A DNA stretch of 64,000 nt from Lingula anatina (Eukaryota > Animalia > Brachiopoda): positions 3,844,001-3,908,000 of the forward strand of contig CM120645.1 of the NCBI GenBank assembly GCA_051362555.1, in the 5' to 3' direction. The position numbers and the translations under genes are program-made. Numbering within the stretch: the first letter of the stretch is position 1; each line of letters begins with the position of its first letter. Positions 1 through 13,342 of this stretch are shown here, one piece after another. Under the pieces are notes generated by a model, which saw nothing but the letters and a program-made list of their open reading frames with translations, was not told where the DNA came from and searched no databases.

Positions 1-612
1 GTTGTATGAATAGGGCTGAATAACAGAGAGATTTCACAGGTGAGAAGTTCAAGAATTAGTGCAGGTGCTTTCTGGTATCATCCAGAGTTCTAGAGATTAC
101 TGAAAACTCACCTGTGTAATCAACAAGGCTCAAGTGTCTTATGTTCAGTATCCTGTATCCTGATAATGGAGGCGGGTTGTCTGGCATTGGAGATATTACA
201 AATTACTTACTGTTTTTGGAAAATACAATTAATCTTTTTTTTTTGTTTTTTCAAATTTTTTAAATTTTTTATAATAATTTTTTTTATAATTTTATAATTA
301 CTATGTCAGTCAATGTAACTTACGCCTTGATGCCAGGAATAAAAGTCAAAGACCCAGATGTATCACATGAATGCTAGTTCACTAATTGATCAGCAAATCG
401 CATTCAAAATGTTGCTTTTTTTAGTCTTCACATACCATATTGTCTGCCTAGGCATTTGTGGGGTGTTGTTTGTTGCCTGCAGGCTAGATTTTTTTATCAG
501 GTTCAAATCAGATGTGATTATTGTTTAATGTGCACTGTTATAATGACCATTTGAAATTCATCAGACAATTTAATTTTGACCGGTAGGAAAATTGGACACA
601 TTGGTAACTAAG

Positions 613-752
613 ACCCCATTCCCAGAGATTAGATCGATCCAACTAGATCGACCTAACTCCCCGGGACGGACATTTAAGCCGGATTATCTGACAGTAATCT
701 AGTGAGACTCCCCAGGGGGATAGATCGATCTAAAATCTATGGGAATGCACCC
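613..752. mobile_element. Short palindromic MITE-like element in the last lipase intron
   Basis: cattcccagagattagatcgatc (~616-638) is an imperfect inverted repeat of gatcgatctaaaatctatgggaatg (~723-747). Confidence 0.45.
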
Positions 753-776
753 TAAAAGTGTATCTTTTCATTTCAG

Positions 777-890
777 CTTTATGATGGTTACTACCACCAG
801 CTTCACTACGAACCCGATGATGATGGTGCTGAAGTGCGACAGGACATCTTTGATTGGATTCTGGCAAGAATTGATGCACCCTCTGGCTAG
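777..890 (+). CDS. Final coding exon of a monoglyceride lipase-like alpha/beta hydrolase (upstream exons outside the window)
   Basis: After the acceptor tttcag (774-776) the frame reads LYDGYYHQLHYEPDDDGAEVRQDIFDWILARIDAPSG* (TAG at 888-890). This matches the MGLL-family C-terminus pattern YxGxYHxLHxE...V..DI..WI, which carries the catalytic His. Not in the ORF track. Confidence 0.75.
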   Translation, partial: LYDGYYHQLHYEPDDDGAEVRQDIFDWILARIDAPSG

Positions 891-3539
891 AATAAGGAAG
901 CTAAGGCAGCAAGTTCTACACTGAAAGATTTTAGGACAGGTGGTTTTGAGTAAGGCCTGAAAGCAAAAGTTTGGGCTGATTTTTGTGATAAATGCTTGCA
1001 TTCCTTTGAGACAGAATGCACCAAAACCTTGACCTGTTAAATAAAAATGGGATACAGAAGCTTCTGTCACACTGAGAAACCATGTGAACTAATGCTTAAT
1101 TATGATACAATTTTAAAGGCATACAATGAAGAAATGTAAAACAAGGAAATATCAGACATCAAAGTTGTGCACATGAAGACATCATTGATCTGACAGTCAA
1201 AGTTGGGATACAAAAGCCCTCGCCACTCTTGGAATCCAGTGAAAGATTTGACAAAACAAATGAGGCAAAAAAGACTCTTTCAACGTTATTGACTTTCAGT
1301 GTTATTGGTAAAACAATACTGAGAGCAACTCCATGAAGTAGGGTCTACACTTGCACCCGCTTAATGGGATAACAACTCTTCATTTTGGTGAGGAAAGTGT
1401 CATAAATGGATTTTCCTGGGGTGCACGACATTTTCCCATGTTTTCCAATGGGTAACGAATCTGTTCCAAATTATTATATTTATTTAAAATTGGTAATCTT
1501 CAGAGATTATCATGGAGGGTAGCCATCTAAAAAAAAAATATTATATGAAAAGTTGTGATTGCTTCCAGCTTAGCAGTGAGTACCAAACCAAAACATAATT
1601 GTGCATTCCAAATGTGATTAAGAAACCGATACCTATTGTGAATTAACTGTTTCCAGGAGTTTAGAGGGGTTGAACCCTTTCTGGGCGTGGTTGCAGAAAA
1701 GAACTTCAGACCGAGACTTGGTCTCAACGTGAAGAATGAAAATTTCAGTCTTCAGTTCAAAATAAATTTGACATAGCGAACCACTGAAAGAAAGGAGGCA
1801 GTGGTTTAAGTTTTTTTTTATTAATATAACATGTCTCATTTTATTAAACACACACAATATTTCATATGTACGTGGAGGGGTGGGAAGGTAGGCTAAGAAA
1901 TTTTGTCTTAAAGTAAAGACCAATTTTCGGTTTGAATTTCTCTGTGGAACTTTGTCCAGATATATGTTTAAACTGGTGGGTATGGGAAATAGAATATCAA
2001 CAAACCTATACCAACAAAGAAAAGAAAAAAAACTTACAGGGTTACTTTCTACTTCTTACCATTGGTAGTATTCCAACTGCTGACAAACAGTATTTAAGAC
2101 AATTCTGATATGAATTTATATTTATGTTTTTGTTGGCAGATGTAGTAGTAGTTATACTAGTAGTAATGGAAGTAGTAGTTGTAGTAGAAAATTGTCCATA
2201 GAAATACAGTGTTGACTCAAAGTGACTGCTGGCTGTGTATATTGTAAACATTGACCAAATGATATTGTGTAGGCACCTGCTTTCATTTGAATTTGCATAA
2301 TATCAATTTTGCAGATGTGATAGCTATTAAATGTTGTAATCTACCATGATTTATATGCATCGACCCTTTTCAGTATCCCTGTAACTTCCAAGATTAGAGT
2401 TAATAGGCAGAATTTCTGTAAGTGTCAGCTACTACCAAAGAAGAACCTTTTTGCACAGATTTGTTCAAGAGGAGCAATAATTTGAGTCACAAGGTGATGG
2501 GTTCAGCAGTGTATTTTGGAGAAGGTTGCTGTGGTTGTTTCTTGCTTCAGACGAAGATGGAGCACTACTGTTTGATCATTCCATTTTTAAGTCACTTCAT
2601 ACACTGAATACCACTCCTTAAAAAATAAGTCCTAGTAATTTTATACTTTTCTTTTAATCATCAAGGAACACTATATGCAAAAATGTTGAGAAAGTTGCTT
2701 TTTTGCCACTCTCATAATGGAGGGACAGTGATGGTAAATATAAGAAGTATAAATATAAGAAGTCCTAAATAGGTTCATATTGATAATAATTTGCTCAGCT
2801 GTTTTGGAGAAAGTATACCTCACAGATATGGTGATAAAGAGAAATTGTTGAAATTTCAGGAAAGCGTTTTGAATGATTGTAAAACACACTACATGCCTTT
2901 CAGTTTTACTTTTTGCATTATGTAAGTGTTGTACACATCTGACAGGCATAATGTTTTATATTTAAAGCAAAGATTGTGATATTGTAATATTTCAAGTATT
3001 CCTACAAATTAGTTTTTTTCCAATTTCCCCAAAAATATACTTTGTCTGTGATGTGTGGAATAGATTATTTCCAGTCAGCCTAATGTGTTAGGTTCAGGTT
3101 ATGGAATGTATTTTGTAAGTAATAAAAATGTAGAAATAAGATGTCGGATTTTGTGAGAAAATAAAATGCATGCAATAAATTTACATGGACTGCTTTCCAT
3201 GGTTGTAAATTGGACATTTTTGTAGTCTTTTCTTGTATTATCTGATTTATTTTGGAACAAAGCAAACAGCGAGGAAAATTTTTCAGCTTATGTCAAACAC
3301 GTGATTTATACCAGATATTCTGCCTTTTTCTCTTCATGTCCGAAACATATCTCTGGATGCATTAGGATTCAGGAAGCATCACCCTGACCACAAGTCCCCT
3401 AACAATAGCATGTATCACAGGGTGCTGGAAATACTGGACACCAACGAAAGTGTCAAGTTTGAAATTTTGCACAATTTTGAAATCGCATATACATCCAACC
3501 TTCCTTCCTTCCAACATACCGGTACATTATAAAAGAAAA

Positions 3540-3775
3540 CTAGAAAAACACTCCGAGAGCGCAGACCTCCGCCAAGGCAGCAATTTTTTATTGGTTATTG
3601 ATTGATTATTGATCCAGATCACCACCAAAAACTAATCATCTGTTCCTTGGCCCACTTCTGACTTCCTGAAAATTTCATCAAAATCGGTCCATAACTTTTT
3701 GAGTTATGTTGATGACAGACATACAGACAAACAAACAAACAGGGGTGAAAACATAACCTCCTTGGCGGAGGTAAA
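3540..3775 (-). mobile_element. Helentron-associated non-autonomous element (HINE/DINE-1-like)
   Basis: On the minus strand it begins ttacctccgccaaggaggttatgttttc, continues through a GTTT/GTCT microsatellite, and ends ccttggcggaggtctgcgctctcggagtg-tttttctagtt. That is a subterminal inverted repeat (cctccgccaagg/ccttggcggagg) plus a 3' hairpin, the HINE architecture. Confidence 0.75.
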
Positions 3776-4263
3776 TATTGCAGATACGCCGTTCAGAATA
3801 TAACTTGGCTCACATCATGGTAGGGTACCTGGGAAACGAGATATAAAAGAGGAAAACCTCCAAAAACTTGGGTCAAATATTACAAGTTGGTCAAATATAA
3901 CGCCTAAATAAACAACAAAAACTGGAAGATCGACAGGGCGAAAAAAATCGCTGTTAACTAACTAGCTTACGGACATCTCAGCGAAACAATTTCTAATGCG
4001 ATCAGTAATGTATAGAACAGCATCTTTAATCTTAACTTAAGTATTCAAGAGATTGCTTAAAAGTGATTAAGCACACAAATTATCAAAGTTTGCAACGCAT
4101 TTATCACTGTTTGAGCTATTTATCGGTTCACTCGTTTTTCTGCTTGCACGCTTACACGGAAACGAACCGCGACGGGAACTGACCTCCCCTCTACCAGGAC
4201 TACGGGATATATATATATATATACTTGACCAACTTGCAATAGACGAACGGCGTATCTGCAATA

Positions 4264-4437
4264 TTTACCTCCGCCAAGGAGGTTATGTTTTCACCCCTGT
4301 TTGTTTGTTTGTTTGTCTGTCTGTCTTTCTGTCATCAACATAACTCAAAAAGTTATGGACCGATTTTGATGAAATTTTCAGGAACTGTCAAAAGTGGGCC
4401 AAGGAACAGATTAGTATTTGGTGGTGATCCGGATCAT
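4264..4437 (+). mobile_element. Second, 3'-truncated HINE copy in inverted orientation
   Basis: ttacctccgccaaggaggttatgttttcacccctgtttgtttg...ggtggtgatccggatc is a near-exact reverse complement of 3611-3775. Confidence 0.7.
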
Positions 4438-5648
4438 ATATTCACAGATAATTTTTTGGCTGGTTATGCGCAATTTTGCTCTGTGGCCCTGTGCTGAAAT
4501 GTTACGTCTGTGTTGCCCTGGCAAATGTCAGCTCTAAATCAAAATTTTATCTACGGCAGGCTTTGTGACAACATATTACGTTTTTTTTTTCGATAAAGGA
4601 TCCACCTCCTTTAAGCACATTTACACCACATCACTAATTTTTTCAAATATTCTTTTATATTTTCATGTACTTATTTCACCTGTAGCATAGTCAAACAGGT
4701 AATAAATGAATTTGTCTTACTCTTTGTTCTAGTACCAGCATTTTGCCAACCTAGGCTTAATTTCGTCGCAGGTTCTAGGGTCGTAAGTAATACATGTTGG
4801 TCCGGACTTTTTTCGCGGATGAAATGAACTGGCATTTTTCTGTTCATTTTACCTCTGTAAAGTCTACTGAACATTTAAAATGGATTTTAGACTATAAATA
4901 AATATTATTTATTTATTATTAACCAAATAAATAAATTAATTAATTAATTAATAAAAAATAAAAACAGAGTCTAATGGGAATATTTCGTGACAACAAGCTG
5001 GATATCACTTTCAAGCACATATTTTCCATCTGATAAATTATTAACCAGACAATAAAGACACCAATAAAGGTGGTTCATACAGAGGACAAAATACAGGGTT
5101 TCAAGGTTTCAACTACTCCCGTGTACACGTTGTTTTTTTTGTCAGATAACATTCACTGATGTCCAGAGGCAATACACATTTTTTCCATGCCAGGTCGCAG
5201 AAGACGTTGAATGAATCAGAGGACCTATAAAGCCAAAATATATCAATATTATAATTCTTTGTAAGAAACAGAGAATTTGGGGTCTGAATACTGTAACGGA
5301 TTACGTTAGATATTATCCATCTGGCCGAACAAAACTTTTGCATATGTGTATTTGTGGACATGACACGGGGACCTATGATACATATTGTTTTATTTAAATC
5401 CATCGTGACACAAAGCATGTTGATCGGACGTTGTTGTCTTGGTCAGTGAAGGTAAACAAGATTTCGACTGTGTTGATTTCGCCTACGCTTATCGGCGGGT
5501 CGCAGATTAATTATGTGCACTTTCCTCCAGCAGAATTTATTGTCATAAATTAGTTATATATCTAGTAAATAATCAATATGATCATATCTCATGGTATATG
5601 ATTTATATTTTAATGTCTTCAAATTGAATTTGCGTTATATATATAGGG

Positions 5649-5650
<2 letters not shown>

Positions 5651-5743
<93 letters not shown>
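5651..5743. repeat. Compound (TA)n(GA)n microsatellite
   Basis: Directly visible. It produces the spurious YIYI/ERER ORF at 5591-5782. Confidence 0.95.
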
Positions 5744-5747
<4 letters not shown>

Positions 5748-8718
5748 ACCTAGTAGAGGGCAGTACCTCCCAAGGAGGTTGAATTATCTCCTTCACTTTC
5801 TTTGTTAGCATGAATAGCCTAGTTGTTTGTTAGTGGGCAAGATATCTTAGGAAGATCTTCAAAAAGTGACATTTTTGAGGACTTTCTCTTCTTCAACTGA
5901 AGTTTTATTGCGACTTCATGGGCAGGGCTAGGACTCTGATTTTTTTCTATTTCAAAAGAAAAAAGTGAAAAATCACAAAAGTATCATCAAATAATTAAAT
6001 AGTACCTAAGAAAGAGTTGTGATATCCAAAAATAATTATCTAGTTTATAAATGAGGTGAGAGTGAAAAAATTATCCATCATCTCGTGTCAGACAGATGAT
6101 GCGCACGTCACCTAACGTGCACAGTCGCATCTCCAAACATGTCTGTCAACAAACATCCATCAACTAGTTTAGCTTCCGTTTATGGATGAAGGTCAACCTA
6201 TGACGTTTTGTCTCATCCCTATCAGTGACGTTGTATCGCCGCTTGTCGCTCTAAAATAGCCACCACACGCAGTTAACTCTCCCAGTTGTTTTTCGACGTT
6301 TGGCATACACAGACATCTTTTCAAAGAGGTAAGATTTGTTAAATTATCAGCTACGTATTTGATTTCAGGTAATGCGTTTTTGGGTTTTTGACAATGTGTA
6401 AAATGTGAATACCATTTCTTGTATATGATTATATCTCAATGTCCCCAAGTTGAATTTGCGTTCTTTCTTTCAAATAGTTAATTGAAAAATTCGGACGTCC
6501 TCTTGTACCAGTTTATACCTTAACTCTAACAGTGCATTCGCTGTGCTCTATTTAGGTAATAACGCCTATTTTTCCTGATATTTTCTTTCCGCTGCCTTGA
6601 ATCTGTAAAGCTAGGAGATATTTTTATTATTTGTAAGAAATAGAGTGTCACGGTTGGAAGGATTTGGGGTTTAGACACTGTGACAGATAATGTTAGATAT
6701 TACCCATGTGGCCGAACATAGTTTTTTTCGGATGTGTATTTGTGGACATGATACGGGTATATGATACGTATTGTTTTTATTTAAAATCATACACGCTTAT
6801 TCCCGGCAAAAGGGGGCGGGTTATACGTCCTTTGGACGCTCCTTTTTTTGCGGGGAGGGACGCAGAGATTATCCTGATTAATCGTTGAGGATCCACTGGG
6901 GGTTCACTGATTCACTCGGGGCTAGGATTCAAGTCCGCTGTTCTAAATGCGCTCTATATAGAGTTAGCTCAGGGAATGTATGGGTCAAGCGATGATTGAA
7001 CATTTATGTTATACCGCCGGCATATTATTATCATTAGAGACAGGAAGATTGTATCTGACAATGCAGGTTGTTATACAATAAGGGATATTATAATGGTATC
7101 TCTGCACAACGAAATGTTATGCAACAAGAAACTGCCTTTTATTTATTTATTTATTAACGCTTTAAAATATTTTAAAATATTTCATCCACACAGTGAAGCA
7201 GTGATGTATGACTACATGATGACTATGGTGGCAAGTTTTTCAGGTTTATTGGCGAAGATCTGACATGTCACCTCGCTTCGAGTGCGTCATTAAGTTAATT
7301 ACACCTACTTTTCAGGCCATGTCAATAATTTGTACACGCGAATATGTATTAGACATTTTAAATTAGAGAAGCTACAGTCTGTTGGACATATCTAGGTGGA
7401 TGAAAATGACAATATAAATATAATTTTAGTTAATATGCTATTAAACAATTACAATAATATATAGGGATACAGTGACACATCTTTATAGCACATATAACAT
7501 TGTCGACCAGGTGCAGCCATCCCAGTAATTCAACATCGAAGGATTTGGCTTTGCCTGACAAATGCAAGAAATGGAAAGGCTCTAAAATCTCAAAAAATGT
7601 TATGTAATTTATTTGGGAGGGTGGGGAGAGCAGATATATATCGGACTCAAGTTTTGAAGATATATATATATATTCAAAACTTGAGTCCGATACATGATAC
7701 ATATCCTCTACCAGGGCGACAGATCGATTTTCCACAGATATTTACGGATATGTCTATAGATAAATAGACAGTCATTTTGGCTCTCGGTCTCAGTCGCCTC
7801 ACCAAAAATGTCCACAATAGCAACTGCGGCCCTGAGGGTACATGATACTGATGACAAGTACAGAGAACGTCAAAGTTGGCCATAAAAAAGGAGAAGAACG
7901 CTCCGGTGTTATGGTTCGGTTGGTCTGCACGGCTATGTAAAATCACCTCTGTTGCCTCTTAAAAGTATGCAGATAAACATCGGACCCAAGTGCTATCCCG
8001 CGAGGAATATTACACTAATTAAATAAAGAGAGAATAGAAATCGCCGTCTTCATTTTCTATAATTATGCTGCTCGGGAACATTGGCAGTGTCTGGTCATGG
8101 GGGTCCTAGGTCATGCACGCGTACCCTATACCAGGGTCACAGTGACAATTCCTTCATTAGATATTCATTGGCTATGTATATTTTGATCTGTATTTTTTTA
8201 ATTAAAATGATAATATGCTAGATGGTGTCTATGGGAATCCACTGCATATCTCCACACTTCCCCACATTTAAACGAGTGGCTAACAGTCATGGACCCCATT
8301 ACCTTGATATCTGTGCCAGTGACAATGTCTGGGTCTTATATGGATAATTGTTGCAAATAAAATTAAAAGTAACAGCATAAAAAGTATCTGAAAATGCTTA
8401 ACGTAAAAAGATTACATCCCAGGGACAGTCCATATCTGTAAAAATATCTATCACTCGCCCTGGTAGATCCGCCCCTGGTTCCAGTACGAGTATATATCGT
8501 TCAAGTGTGACTGACAAGTAATTCGACAAGTAAATCGCAATGAAGCGTATGAAAATACAGTCAATCTTGTGGGCACAATACAAGTGCAATTAGTTCCAAA
8601 CGCCACCCGTGGTATAAAGGCGTCTATTCATCTTGGCCACACTTGCAAATTAAGTTTCCTACATTCCGTTCATTATATCTTCCAGTGCACACATTCCCGA
8701 TTCGGAGCGTCACCCAAA

Positions 8719-8947
8719 ATGGACTCGGAGAGCTACGGAGAAGAATTAATATGGAAGGCTAAGGCTGTGGCTGTCATTTGCCCTCTTTCCTGCCTGTTTT
8801 TTACCGCCGTCAATATTTTAGTGAAGTCACATTTTACACCACAAAAATGTGCCACCTTTCCTGGCCGATGGCGTATGTTTGTAACTTCGTGGGTCCATGC
8901 TGTTATTTGTGCCGTAGCCGCCTTAACTATGTAAGTATCATTCAGTC

Positions 8948-9012
<65 letters not shown>

Positions 9013-12000
9013 TCGTGCTTATAGCTAATTTCCCTGAGGTAAGGTGATTTCTCTGACGAACCAACTTTTGACGCAGTCCATTCCTGACAGTCGCCATCGT
9101 ACTGTAACAATCTGGGTGTATTAAAAAGTGCTTGATCCAAGGTTGTGGCTTTTTCAAACACCACCATCACTTTGCCTACTATATTCCACGCGTTGCGTGC
9201 GATTCAGAACTGTGTTAAGATTATTGTTTAAGGTACACTTCATAAGACCCGCCAAAATCTGTTTTTCCCTGGAAAATAAGCAATTTTTTGTACTCACGAA
9301 TTATTTATCTATCCCGCTCTGCACTTGGATTCGATCTTTGATAAAATTTATTAAGGTTGATTTAGCTTAAAATGGGTGGCCTGTCATTATAACAGCAACC
9401 ATTTTCCTATGGATTCCAAAGGAAACATCAATGTCCAGAAAAATATTCAAGGGGTTAAATTATTTCAAGGAGTATGTTACGTTTTATAAGAAGCTGCGGA
9501 AGGCAAAAATAATGGGATTTCATAACCATGGAGTGTACCTTTAAGATGTTTGACAGGTGGCGACGTTCGTCCGGAGGCGATAACTTAAATAATTTTAGGC
9601 GATATTAATTCCTGGAATTAAAATGATCAAAAAGTGTCACTTGTGTTTTAAGATAGGTTCACCAAGAAGTGGTTTATGCACTTAAAAATCACTTAAAAAT
9701 AATAAAGGGACTAACCATAGAAATTTTAACACGGAGGGTCGAAACGTCATGCCTTATAGTACGTTAATAAAAACACGCTGCCTCTTAAAAACAACAGCGG
9801 TGCATACCCTTTTTCTGCCCTTACACAAAAGACAATGAAAATCGCCATATTATCTCTGACTTGATTGTTATTTTCAGTATTTTGACAGAGGAGGAGTGGA
9901 TGGGGGACTCCGATCGCGGTTTTTATCTTCATCTCATGTCCTCAGGTAAGAAGTGTGCTGAATATGGTAATTGGAGGTCATTCTTAGGTCAATTTTGGTT
10001 GCTTTATTTTTAATTAACGTCCATGTTTACTGACACTTCGAGGGCGCGGCGTAAATTTTTGTAGAAAACATTGAGCAATAATCTGAAGAGTGTAATAAGA
10101 GATGTGCATGGGGTTTTAAAAAATGTGTTGATTTAAGTACTTTAAGTGTAATTATGATCTCTTGTTTTTTACCTATCTAAATCATATCATAAATTTATCA
10201 ATTTTGTAATTTCTGAGTACATTCTGTCACACAATATTGCTGGCATAATTCTGTTCTATGACCTCAATTATTTCGATTTTAGGGTATTTCATCTACGATA
10301 CTGTCTTCAAATATACAAGCCCTGAGAAGTTAGGAAGTTTCGAAATGTACGCTCACCATATACTGGTAAGAAAAAGCGTTTTCAATATTTAACCTCGTCC
10401 GTGTAAATACGTTTGTTGCTATGTAAACTGTATGAGGGCAGTTATAAGATAGTACTAACAGTTTAAGACATTGAAGTATTGTATCACGATGTATTGGAAT
10501 CAACTCACCGTTTTGCTATTATGTTACATAATACGTAAAACACCACTTCACAATTCTGTCCTTATGTTTTACCATTAGCCCAGTGATTCCCGCGGACTGG
10601 CGGATCTAAGGATTTGCTAAGGCCAGGGAGAGGGTTTTGGAGGGGTACAGTGTAAAACAGTAGACGGGGCCAATTTATGGCTGCATTCACAACAGCGGAC
10701 TAACTACTCCGCGGATCAAATATGGCGACCCACTTAAAAGCTTGCCGTTTAATCCCCTAAATGACAACGAATATAATTTCTGCGGGGATTCCGCAACAAA
10801 GCATTTAAGTGGGTCGGTCATATTTGATCCGCGTTGTAAATGAAGGCTATCTAAATATGTAAAGGCCAAGGGTTTTTTTTTTAATTAATATTTTGGTTTT
10901 GCCATATTTGATCCGCGTTGGAAATGCAGGATATCTAAATATGTAAAGGCCAAGGAATTTAATTTTAATAGTTTTGGTTTTGTTATTTTTCTCACTGTGC
11001 ACTTTTTCTTTCTTTCTTTTTTTTTTTTTTTTTTTTTTTTTTGGGGGGGGGGGTTCAGAAGGAAGAAGAGGGAGTATCTTAGAAACTGTGGGAGGGGATG
11101 TGCCCGCTGCACCCTCAATCCGCCCCAGAATCTGCCATTTGCGCGTCTGTCAATTAGAATATATTATCCAAACTTGAAAAACCTGAAATACATTGTCTTA
11201 GATTCTTTGGAGGATAAGGGGAGACGAAAGAAGAGACCAGGTCAGATCAAAATGTAAATGATATTCTACTTTGACATGCGCGAAACGATTGAAATTAAAC
11301 AAGGCATTTAATTGTGTCCCCTTCTCCCTCCGCAGAATAGTTTAAACTACCTGATAATTGGAAGTCTTTATTAGCATTTTCACGCCATGAAATACTTGTA
11401 TGTATAAATGTATTTCCATGTATTTACTTTCAGTCCATCTTCTTCATCACGGTGTCCCAGTTTCCCCCTTGCGGAAGGATAAGTACCTACTCCCCCTGGG
11501 ACTACTTGTGTGAGGTGGCAAACGTGTTCCTACACGGGAGGAAAATAATTGTGATGGTGGGCCTCAGAGAATCGGTCTTATACAAATGGCTGACTGTTTT
11601 ATTCTTCGGTAATTTTTTTATTCGGTCTATCTCTCTGAAACAGTTCTTTTCAGTTGTCCATGAAATATTTTCGTTTATTCCTTTGCATCTTTTGGTTTTT
11701 TGTTTTATCTGCTAGTAGGCATATTTTTTATTTTGTTTTATATTCTCAACACCACAATGAAACACGACAACACACTTAAAATGGCTTTGTTTTAAACAAT
11801 CTCAAGTCAGCAAAACTAATCGAACGATATCAAACACGTACGCTATAGTTGTAAAATGCTCACAGGTAGCGCCTACAGCCATCTGCCTTGGCCTGTGGCT
11901 TATAAAGCTTAACATTGTTTATTTTGATTTTTTTTTCCTTTTCAGCATCATTCACTTTGTTTCGCTTCATCCCACAAATCCTTGTGTTTGTAATGATGAA

Positions 12001-12211
12001 CGTGGATTACTGGAGTACCAGTCGGCTGTCGCTGTTCTGTTATTTGATTGCCATCCCCCAGCAGTTGTTGTTGGTCGTAATCGGGACACATGTCGCTTAT
12101 AACATTATTAGGCGATCTGCTCTTTACGCACTTAAGGTGGCGCCACATGACAATTCCGATAAAAATGCTCAAAACGGCGCAAAAATGGAATCGGCTAAAA
12201 AGGAAGAGTAG
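8719..12211 (+). CDS. TLC (TRAM/LAG1/CLN8) domain membrane protein, TLCD1/2-like; 5 exons
   Basis: Exons 8719-8930, 9878-9945, 10283-10365, 11434-11608 and 11946-12211 are all GT-AG and phase-compatible. The joined protein has the TLC motifs SWVHA, GYFIYD, HH (MYAHHIL), EVANVFLHGRK and FTLFRF, plus several hydrophobic segments. Confidence 0.85.
8951..9011. repeat. (TA)n microsatellite in intron 1 of the TLC gene
   Basis: Directly visible run of about 30 TA units. Confidence 0.95.
10818..10955. repeat. Two-copy local tandem duplication (~53-bp core, ~84-bp period)
   Basis: catatttgatccgcgttg(t/g)aaatg..gg.tatctaaatatgtaaaggccaagg occurs at ~10819 and ~10903. Confidence 0.8.
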
Positions 12212-13298
12212 ACTAGTTTATTTATTTATCTGTTTAGTTATTTTAGCAAACGAAATTCAACGGTTTGCAACAAACATACTCTAGTCAGAATGTCGATTAT
12301 GTGGATGGTGGTTTGCTATGTTAGAATAAATATGATTTAATAACTTAGATTTAGTGGAAGGTTTTTAGACATGAAGTTGAAAGATGTAAGACTGTAAGAT
12401 GTTAGTTTATATTTAAATATATATATTTTAATTTGAATATATGTTTTAATCGACAGAATTGTATATACGAATATTTAATTTTAGTGTATTATTTATGATA
12501 TTAAATTAATTTATTTAAAATCTAAAGACTTTGTTATACCTCTTCGTTGATAAACAGGCGATTGCATCATTCAACAGAAACAAACAAAAGTAGAGACAAA
12601 ATTTACCCGTAATAATTTGTCTTACTGATACAACCCAAAACTTTAATGAATGAAGGATAAGCATCAAGTTGGTTTCGACTTTGAAAAAAAACAACTTTTG
12701 CTGGCGCCCGAGGACAGTATGTCAAATTGGGTATTTCTTTATTCTTTATAGCAGATAGGTGATTTGTCAAACTGAAACGTTCCAGACATGACAGCCACAT
12801 AAACTAAAAAGAGAAAAATAAGCAAAACAACAGATCCTTATTCCAAGATAAATACTAAAATATCTAAAACGCAATATAACCTATCAAACGGATGTGCCTA
12901 CCAAACACAATATATGACGCTAGGAACTGAAGTCTCGTCTCAACCGGGCACATCTAACACAATCTACTCGCCTTCACACCTACTCCACTCACAATGAAAA
13001 TATTGTCCCGCAGTTTAGTTAAGTTACAACATTTGCATTCAAATACAACATATGTTTATGTTTTTTTCCTTAAATTTAAAGTGAATGCACAGATTTAATG
13101 CAGTGGCCGACATTAAGTTATACCCGTCGATAGAATGCCTTTACGCACGTGAAGGCATATTTATCTTTCTCAAATATGATAACGTAAAACGTTGGATTTT
13201 TAATGGAAATAGACATTTAAAGTCATAAAAACATACAGACTCCAACAACCTTATTTAATCTCACTGACTTTCACTTTTAGGATTCACCAATAAACTTG

Positions 13299-13342
13299 AG
13301 CAATCCATGGACATAATGAGCTCATTATGTCCATGAGCAATC
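13299..13342. mobile_element. 30-bp perfect palindrome flanked by a 7-bp direct repeat (DNA-transposon footprint or minimal remnant)
   Basis: AGCAATC [CATGGACATAATGAGCTCATTATGTCCATG] AGCAATC, with the palindrome at 13306-13335. Confidence 0.65.

Noticed and set aside
739-1070. ORF-track proteins 739-924 (+) and 768-1070 (-)
   Set aside because: They are alternative frames over the real lipase exon (777-890) and its UTR.
8733-9170. ORFs containing YIYIYI, SLSL or THTH runs here and elsewhere
   Set aside because: They are translations of dinucleotide microsatellites.
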